Positions 54,336-64,000 of a DNA stretch of 64,000 bases are shown piece after piece. Made by a program: the position numbers and the translations under genes. The notes beneath the pieces are model-generated. The model searched no databases and was not told where the DNA came from. It worked only from the letters and a program-made list of their open reading frames with translations. The stretch is taken from the NCBI GenBank assembly GCA_951406725.2, contig OX597819.1, positions 3,844,001 through 3,908,000 of the forward strand, in the 5' to 3' direction. Numbering within the stretch: position 1 is the first letter of the stretch; the number at the start of each line of letters is the position of its first letter. Origin of the DNA: Octopus vulgaris. Lineage: Eukaryota.

Positions 54336-56199
54336 TTATCATCTTTATTTTTAGCTTGTAATTACTTGCGATTGCTTCCAGGTCATCATGTAAAGACCTG
54401 GAAACCCTAGTTTCGCCGGGTAAATATTGAAAAGCACTATAATTTTAGTGAGATTTTGGTGGTTTTCAATTCCAAACTAATATTACCATACACACACATG
54501 AAAATATAATACCGACTTTTTTTGTATTAAAAGTACAAGAAAATTGAGTTCATCTACTATGAACTTTTTCTGGAAGCGTGAAAATGTTAATGATTTTAGG
54601 TGAAAGAATACACTTCATTATATACATGACTACTATGTTCTTTCTTCTCTGTTTTTTTGGTGGGTTTGTTTTTCGTCAGGAAGAATTTTCAGAATTTACT
54701 TCTATATACTGTTATTTGCTGGAAATATTCTCTTAATTTCGTGATATATCTTACCAGATATCATTTACTCCAAAACATCAGAAATGAATTCTGTGCAGTG
54801 ATGTGGAAGGTAGTATGCAATTAAGAAATGTATATGACGTTTAGAAAATAATCCATTAATAATATGTACGTACTTTGTACATGCGTGCATACACGCGCGT
54901 GTGTGTGCAGATGTATTGTTTATTGCATGTATTTCAATATTACTCACATACATATCACACCAGCTTAATTGTCTTGGCATATAGCTGCACACATAAAAAC
55001 GACACGCACAGTTTTGGTCATTACACACACACATAAACACACACACACACACACTCACATATAGATATACACACATATACGCATATACACAAACATGCAC
55101 AGGAAAACCCAAATACATATATGCACGTGCTATATATAAACACATACATATCTGCATACATATATACGTATATATATATAGGATAGAGATAGGTGTATGT
55201 ATATACATATAAACACACATACATATATACATACACACATACATACATACATGCATGCATACATACATATATATACACATATACATGCATGCATACATAT
55301 TTACATGCACACACACACATCATATATAGATATATGTATATATATATTTACACTATGTATGTATATTTTGCGTAGTATAACAGCATTTTCTCAACGAATT
55401 TCTAATTAAATGCCTCGAAGCATTTAAATAAATGCTTATATAGATGTACTGTATGATAGTGGGGCCAGCAATACACTGGAGCAACGAGTAATTTCCGCCT
55501 GAATCAAGAAAATTAAGGAGATGTCACATTAAACAGAAGTTCTCTATCTTCTCCAGTAATAAACCAACGAGGAAACAATGAACAATATCTTGAGCGAAGA
55601 GGAAAAAAATGACAAAATAATGGCACCAACATACTACAACAACAATATAGCCTCAGCACATAGATGCATGCAGAAATATGGAAGGTATGTGAAGAGGCGA
55701 AAGGAGAAGTTAACGTTCTGAAGTTGGGTGGAGACTGGTTTCAGCAGCTGTGTTGTAGTGAGTGGATAAGGGGAATACAACGTGCATAATGATGAGGAAA
55801 GACGTGCCCTTGTGGATGAAAAAGGAAGAGACGCTACTTAGATGGAGGACATTATGTCTGCTTTTAGTCGTCATCGGGGATTTCGAGTTCTTTGATGCTA
55901 GAAGGGAAACAATATTAGCCTTTCTGTAAAATCATGTCAAAATTAATGCTGTCCCTGAGAGTGTGGACAAGGGACTTAGGAAATCACAAATGGAAAGCAG
56001 GATCTTCAACTTGACGAATGGGAAATAAAACTTAAATTAGAGTTTAAGGAAAGCGACACTCTCTGATAGAATTATGTGTGTGTGTGATGGGAAAGTGGCA
56101 TACCAGCGTATAACTGTACTTGTGTACTTACGACGAGTTTGTATGTGTTTACATTTTTCCATGTATACGTGTGTGCGTGTGTGTGTGCGCGCATACGTG

Positions 56200-56260
<61 letters not shown>

Positions 56261-57004
56261 ATGCATAGTGCGTGTGTGTGTGTATACACACAGATATTGG
56301 AAGTGGAAAGTCTATCAATATTTATATAGAAGCATTCTAGTTATAAGCGAATATATTCACAAATGTGCTGCGGTTGTATCAAGGAACACTTTTTAAAGAA
56401 ATGCAAAATTCAGCTCATACTCAAGACTAATCTATAAAAGTAACCGAATAAAACATGAAATGAACTGAATGTTGATTACATAATAGGTACCAAGGTGAAC
56501 CTCAGTAGAGATTAATTAAGGCATATCATAGGATATAGATGCATTCGAAGAGGGAATTAATTACTAAATATCGAAGACGATTGACACAGAAACACATTTC
56601 TGCCTAAAATAATATCATGCGAGCAGAGTGAATAAACAAACATAATTTTGAAAATAGTAACTTTGAAACAATGCTCATTAAAATTGTACAAATATGTAAT
56701 CATATTGCATGCAAAATACTAAGACTGTTTTACACACACATAAACATATAAACACATAGAGTAGGATTATTAAGTAATAATTGTTTCTAATTTAGGTACA
56801 AGGCCAGCAGTTTTGAGAGATGAAGTTAATTGATATATACTAGGAACTACTTGACTGGAACTTTATTTTATCAATCACGTGGGCATAAAAAGTACGTCAA
56901 CGCTTCTATCTATGTAGGAAGAGACAGACACACACACACACACTCATTTACACATGCATGTGTGTGCGCTCACGCACACATACATACATACATACATACA
57001 TACA

Positions 57005-57038
<34 letters not shown>

Positions 57039-58101
57039 CATACATACATACACTCATATTTATAGCTTGAACGATAAAAGCATAAAGCATAAACATGCAC
57101 AATATAAATAAACTGATGTTGTCGACTATCAAGCAAGAGTAGCTGGAAATAAGTCAAATTTAATGGGGAAAATGACATTTTCGACTAGAATAGCTGAGAT
57201 TGGAGCAGCTGTGAGAGGATACAGTATTTTACATCAATAGTTATTTCAAGAAGTGGTTGGCACGAAGAGCTGAGATTAAAACGTTTTGTGTAGCTAGTGT
57301 TTTCTTTCGCGAAGTACAAATTTGTGTATGAAACGATGATCCTATTCAATTGTGTGCTGTTGTTTGTAAGAAAACAAAAGCCATATGTAGCTTAGTGTAT
57401 ATACTTTTCAACGAAATATGACGATGAAATTTTCTGTGAAATCAATTAGTTTATTGAAATCATCTTCTCTCTTCGAGAGTCACTAACAAATTATAATTAA
57501 GTTTCCATTCGAAGGAACACAAATGCTTGCATACTGGAAATTCTTTTCCTCGTCGATAACGACCACATCTAAACTCAGTGACCTGAAGTTGTTAAGCGAG
57601 TGACTTTACTTCCAAGATGAACCCAGAACACAGATATTTGACAGCCGACTCTCAGAAGTAAGATACTGCGTGGAGAATAAATGGACGATCTGTTAGGTTA
57701 CTCAGTAATTCTGTTTTGAAGGCTTCTTAAATTACCAATGTTAGTGGAGATTGACTAATAATGGCGTATTTCCGTTCAATCCACCCTCTCTCCTGCATCA
57801 CTTGAAATTTCAATAAATATAAGTAATAGGGTAACGAAAACGTGTTTATGTGGTCACGAGACCTAATAAAATTACGAGTCAAATTTCACCAGACTCACTT
57901 GCTACGCGCTTAATGAAAAGGAAGTTTACATAAAGAAAATATATTCAAAGCTGGAAGACCTTAATCGTAGATCTGATTGGAATTAGTAGTGAGACTAATC
58001 TGTGTTGCTAGTTACAATTTCGCAAGAATCGAGAAACTCTAAATGGAAACATATACATATACTTACACACAATACACAGACACAGACACACATATACACG
58101 G

Positions 58102-58136
<35 letters not shown>

Positions 58137-58154
58137 CATATTCACACACACATA

Positions 58155-58310
58155 TTGGCTGTGTGGTAAGTAGCTTGCTTACCAACCACATGGTTCCAGG
58201 TTCAGTCCCACTGCGTAGCACCTTGGGCAGGTGTCTTCTACTATAGCTTCGGATCGACCAAAGCGTTATGAGTGGATTTAGTTGGCGGAAACTGAAAGAA
58301 GCCCATTGTA
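58155..58310 (+). mobile_element. SINE family B, 5' half
   Basis: tggctgtgtggtaagtagcttgcttaccaaccacatggttccaggttcagtcccactgcg. Confidence 0.88.
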
Positions 58311-58403
58311 TATATTAATATGTATATATATAATATATGCTTACACACACGTAAATATATATGGTTATATATGTATATACATTCTTATGTATGTATCTAT
58401 GCG

Positions 58404-58455
<52 letters not shown>

Positions 58456-58459
58456 TGTG

Positions 58460-58490
<31 letters not shown>

Positions 58491-59449
58491 ATGCATGTAT
58501 GTATATACTTACATAGTACATGCATATATGCATATGCATATGCTATCTTAAGTAGGCACTTGCATCGAGTTTTTCTTCAACCCAGATGTGGTCTGTGGAC
58601 GAAGTCTGAGTTTATTTGTAGTAAATTTGATATTGTAAAATGCTGTGACATATCGTTGGCTTCAGTAATGTTACAACTTCCTGTTATGCAAAAACAAGAA
58701 GTTTTAGCATTATATCAGAAGACTGTATTTTTTGTAATGATAACATTACCGTATCAAAATTGAAGACAATGAAGTGGTTGAGTTATATTCATAGTTCTAC
58801 GTTCAAATGTAGCTGTGTAAGATTTGATGTTCATTGTTGTTGAATTGGTTAATGAATTCTTCTAACGGAGCCGATTAAATCGATTTTACCACTTCTAAAA
58901 TTTCAATATGTAACAAAGCCACTGGCGTACAGAACATAGCAACAGAGAAGCAGTATATGCTTCCCATACTTTACATATATACATCCCATTTTCGTTTCTA
59001 ACAGCAAACTGATGCTTTATTTTTTACAGTCAATTTAGTTGACATGACAGGTGTTATCTACTTGCTTTAAGGTATTTTCTTGCATTATTTTTTAACACAT
59101 CCCAGCTAAAGTACGTTTTGGATACAGTTTTAGTTTCATATGTAAACGTTAGATTGTAGATGAACGGATAATTTTCTTCATATTGATAGGCAGGCGAGGA
59201 TTTCTTGGCCATTGGAGCCGCATCTGTGTTGCTCGTTATATATTTTAGTATCACGAAGATGTTGTTTGTCGTTAATTTGCTCCCTGGATCTAGAGTAATG
59301 GAACATACATTTAAGAAGTGGTTTTGTTTGCAACTGCAAGCTTTTACTACTTGTAAGAGACTATTTCAATATCTGTAGCCGTTAGTCTACAGATATTGAA
59401 ATAAATATTGAAAATGAAGGGTTAGCTTCACTGATTTCGAGCAACTTAA

Positions 59450-60100
59450 CTGATGCGCATACCCTACGTAGGTCGTCGATAGACGAGTATCCAGTGATAC
59501 TTCAAACCATTTTATTCCGTCATACACCTTACAAGCTCGCTAGTAGTTTCCAGTCCAATATCTATCTATCGCTGGTACTACCACGTATATTGGCTGACTT
59601 GCAACTACCAATGTCTCTGACAATGACCGGTCAGCCTCATTCTTTCGATTGCTGTTATCTCACACAAACCTGGTGTGTTGCTTGTGGCTAACGTGTTGCT
59701 TACACCTTTGCAAGGTAGAGTTCAGGGTCCACAATTTATATTCATATAGTTTGATAGATCTTACAGTCGCATAAACCAGCTCATCTTGATATGTTGGGGA
59801 AGGTGGCGTTCTACACACTACCAATGCCAAACAGAGGCTTTCCTGCTGTCGCCTTCCCCACTCTGAGGTCTCGATCTGCTGAGATGATCTCTGAGCCCAC
59901 GTATTTGAAGTCTTTGACTTCTTTGAAATGTCAAAGACATCAATAGTTTCCTGTTATCACAAGAGGTGGATAGTCCAAGAGGTTGCAGTGGGTGATGACC
60001 ATGGTTTTCATGGCACTTAACAAACTCTATTTCCGCTCGGTTCAGAACTTACTGTGCTTACTCAACGCGTTCAGATCCGTTCAGACTATAACAGGAAGTT
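59450..60100 (-). mobile_element. Decayed RTE-like LINE fragment (region downstream of the RT core)
   Basis: Minus frames KEVKDFKYVGSEIISADRDLRVGKATA and ATVRSIKLYEYKLWTLN resemble the FKYLGS and LLYG.E.WTL motifs. Confidence 0.68.
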
Positions 60101-60410
60101 GTCTAGACAACTTATTTATCATAGTGAAGATAATTTAACTGAAACTGGTGACAAATGAATTGCTGATAAATTTTAAAATATATTAAAATTTCTTCATTTA
60201 TCCAAATTACAATAAGTAATTGAAAATAAAACATAATACTGTGGTTTGGAAATTTTACTCTAAAAACTTTATCCTTACCTAGCAATTCGAAGAAAAGTGA
60301 ACTGGTGTGGTCGATTTTTACTTCATCTCTTTTGTGCTTATAACGCAATTTTTACTTCATTCTCGCATATTAGTAAAAAGGTGTTATTGTAAGATGACTC
60401 CTTTGTTTAA

Positions 60411-60621
60411 CCAATTAAGTCTCACGGACACTAAAATGAGAACATTAAATAAACTATATCACATTGTCTCAGTGTCCTATTTATAGGACACCGAATGTTT
60501 CCATTTCTACTTGAAGTAAAGGAGTTTTAATAATTATTTTTTTCATTTTAGCTTATTTTCAATCATCTTTAAGAATTTAAAAGTAATATTCAGAAATTTA
60601 AGTTCTCTGGGACTTAATGGG
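60411..60621. mobile_element. piggyBac-type MITE with TTAA TSD
   Basis: ttaa|ccaattaagtctca ... tgggacttaatggg|ttaa. Internal palindrome gtgtcctatttataggacac. Confidence 0.75.
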
Positions 60622-62704
60622 TTAATACTGGAAAAACTTTCCTAGTGGATTTTCAACTCCTTTAGTATGGACTCAGCGCTGAGCATATAATAAGATACAA
60701 AATGCTAAATTTCCAAGTTTTATAGGTCACTGCCCTATCAACTTGGCTTGTTGTCAACTCGATATTATAGTTAAATGCTACATAATAACTGTCAAGACAT
60801 AATGATTTCGTGCCATATTTCGTGTCAGCATTAATTCAATCAAAATTACTGTAGAATATTTTAAACGAATCGATCGATAGCATTTCCTAAAGCTTGGTCT
60901 GATTGCCTTACCGCCCCCAAACGGATTACTACATTACCTTACTAAATTACCGCGAAGAAATGCAAGAAACAGATAATCGATTGATCAAAGACTTTAGCTT
61001 CAGTTCATCATACTAGTTTGATTAAGACTGCACCCAGTGACTTACTCATGTTTTAAGATGAAATAATAGAAGGGAAATTTATTAACAGTATCAAAGTCTC
61101 ATATCAAATTTAGCTTGTTGTAATAATGCAGGAAGGTAATTGTCAGAAGCTATCTTTGAAGAAGGAGTAAAGAAGGTAGTTGAATGGAAGGAGACGGTGA
61201 GAGATTATGGGGTGCGCATGTCTTTACGCACGAATGAACGGGAATAAGTGAAAGTGTGCGAGATGTTTCTGAGAAGTTGTGTTTATGTAGAGGAAAGAAA
61301 TAGGGTTCAAGAGAGACTGAAAAAAGGGGAAGGAAGAGCAGAAAAACAAAACAGGAGTAATGTCAAGTAGTTTTGAAGTAAGTAATGTGAATTAGTTTCT
61401 GTTACAAGTTTCCCTTTACGAAATAGCTTTAATCACTTCTAACACTCATTCTTAGTTATCTTATGCTCAAAGTCTATCGACTCACATTCCCACCAGTCGC
61501 TTCAAATTATGTGCCAGTTTAACTGAGGGCTCTTATTAAGCCAACAGACCACATAACATTAAAAAAAGAAAAAAATACTTATATTATCCGTAAGGAATAA
61601 TATTTTAGTGCTTTAATGTTTCCAAATGCACTGGAGAGATATGATAGCACAACATGATATTTATATTTCTGTGTTATGTTACAAAAATATTAACTAGTTA
61701 ATCGACTGGGACAAGAGAGTCAACTTGTTTTCAGATTTTAGTAGTTTGAAATAACTCTATGAATGTGAATAATATAGAAAAAGTTCTGATCTACTATGTC
61801 AAGTCTAACCGTCAGTTAAGTAAGTGATGGTTGGCTTAGTCAACCGTAATAACCTCTGTATAGTTAAGGGTGTAAATATAGGCCGGTTACATAATGGTAA
61901 CACATCCGAGAGTAAATAACAGGATCTGTTATTTATCCCAGTGTATTGCACTATGTTTCTAATGAATGACAATGAGGAGTATTAAACATGTCAAGTTCTG
62001 TATCTCCCTTTCGTGAGTTCGAACCATGCTAGAATATATCTTTCTTTCACTAATGTGAATAAGGGGAAAATACAATGAGGTAGATTCAATTAATTACACT
62101 GCAGCCATTAGATGATAGCTTTATGACTCGTCAAACGAAATCAACATTTAAACATGGCATTGGACAGTAAGCATTGGCCATTTCTTGAAATGCATTAAAA
62201 GGAAACTGGAAATGGCGTGTCAAAGCAATTTATTATAGAAGACCCTTATAGAAGAAAATCTTTTAGCATATTTCCAGTCAGGTATTTAGATTTGATGACG
62301 AGCAATGCATTAACTGAGGAATACACTGAGGAACTCCATTTGCCTCTTCTTGACATTTATTGTACGTAAAAGTATAAAATGTCAAAAGAATAGAAAGTTC
62401 TTAAGCTAGTAGTTGTCTTTAAGAAATAAGTGAGTCCACAAAATGCTTTCCCTGTCTGGAATAAATTCATTTTCCCAAATGTATGTACATATTTTTAGTG
62501 AAAGCGTGTGTATATGAATGTATATGCACGTATGTTTTTAGTATTAAAAATTCCATGCTTACTTTGCAGTAATGTCAAATGATATATTTATTAAGTGATT
62601 TTTTCCCAGACAGTTATGGCAATGTTTAATAAAATTATATATGCACCGAGAAGATCAAGTATTTGTTTTCCATATATTTAACAACTTTATTATGTTGATG
62701 CAAA

Positions 62705-62957
62705 TGGGGAGAGTTATATTGTCTTAATGCCTTATTACCTAACACACTCACCAGTTTGATTTTCAGCCATTTATTATTTATATTTTTCTTCCAAAATTTT
62801 CGTTGCTTTTGCAACCTTGTCAATGGATGTTGACTCTTTAGCAAGGTTACAAAAGCAACGAAAATTTTGGAAGAAAAAATCTAAATAATAAATGAATGGA
62901 AATCGAACCGGTGAGTGTGTTAGATAATAAGACATTAAGGCAATATAACTCTCCCCA
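62705..62957. repeat. Long hairpin palindrome (about 115-bp arms, about 20-nt loop)
   Basis: tggggagagttatattgtcttaatg...cgttgcttttgcaaccttg is inverted as caaggttacaaaagcaacg...cattaaggcaatataactctcccca. Confidence 0.9.
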
Positions 62958-63584
62958 GAAACAACAAAATTTGCATCAACACACGAGTTCGCATAAATAA
63001 TCTTGCAAACCAGATACAAAGACGAAGTATAACATCTTTATATTTTAAGAGAAACAAATTTATTGTGATTAATGTGGGTAACGATTGGATAAAAAAGCGA
63101 AAGGAGTCTTAGAATACCTATATGTATTCAGATCTTGATAAGTTCAACTTTGTCGATAAAGAAGAGAAGTAAACATACTAATGTTGCATAGGCATATCCT
63201 GATTTAGAAATGATCAATCATGTGAAGAAGAGGTGTAGAAAAGCAATACCATATCACTTCAACTACAGTTGATACAAATGCTTTCTTACTTTTCAGGCTG
63301 AAGTGTTCGCCTTTTATTAACACAAAAGAAGTCGCTAGTTAACTTCTAAAGTCTTGCCGCAGACGGGTCTCTATATTATACGTCTATTTCCTATTAAAAC
63401 TCTCACCTGTGTAAGTTGCATTTTAATAATTTGCATTTTTCAGGGTCCAAACACTAACTTGGAATTAAATCCAGTTCAGTAATAACCAGTCTTAAGGAAT
63501 ATAGGCTGGTTAAAGGTAAAAAGTAGAGATGCGAGTTTTACCTTTAATTTCAATTTGCCTTTAAATATATCATAAATATATATA

Positions 63585-63719
63585 TTACATACATATATGT
63601 TCGTGTGAGTATATGTATGTATGTATGTAAGTATGTATGTATGTATGCATGTATGTATGCAAGAATGTATGTATTCATGTATGCATATATGTACGTATGT
63701 TATATATATGTACATATAC

Positions 63720-63772
<53 letters not shown>

Positions 63773-63930
63773 TAAAATGTGTGTATATATATATATATAT
63801 ATAAACACATACATGCACATTCACATACGCGCGCACACGCGTATACACACACATATATGTATACATATATACTTAAAAGTATGTATTTGTGAATGTATGT
63901 GTGTACACACACGAACACACACACAAACAC
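63585..63930. repeat. (TATG)n/(TA)n/(CA)n compound microsatellite
   Basis: Seen directly. Confidence 0.95.
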
Positions 63931-64000
63931 ACACATTTGAGGGCGGGTCGCATGTGTGTACATTTCTGTACCTGCATACGTTTGTGTTTACGTTTGCCAT

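Noticed and set aside
55480-56030. Purine-rich block resembling an old LINE fragment
   Set aside because: No recognisable motif could be translated.
63972-64000. Minus-strand ATG at the window end followed by AG|gtacag
   Set aside because: Splicing it to the 45558 acceptor hits a stop within 13 codons; probably coincidence.

Overview
AT-rich, microsatellite-saturated eukaryotic DNA. Its repeat families (tRNA-derived SINEs with a Meta-like core, R4/Dong, RTE, Penelope-like elements, mariner) point to an octopus or other coleoid cephalopod genome; this is recognition from memory, not a search. Most ORFs in the track are microsatellite artefacts. One real gene is supported on the minus strand. 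A signal-peptide exon (ATG at 45475, donor gtgagt at 45414) splices in phase to a Cys-containing exon (32687-32534), so almost everything left of 45415 is probably intron of a secreted Cys-rich protein gene. The rest is decayed transposons: two mariners (one full length with TIRs and TA TSDs), a Tc1 5' end, R4/Dong, R2/HERO-like and RTE LINE fragments, a Penelope-like RT element, a Penelope-like GIY-YIG element, MITEs and about 20 SINE copies. The most notable pattern is a set of at least five sequence-distinct short cassettes. They carry minimal Penelope-type hammerhead ribozyme motifs with palindromic stem III, mostly sit in inverted pairs, and lie in or beside (TA)n or (ATT)n tracts. One has an intact core on the sense strand of the host intron; two families share non-canonical cores.
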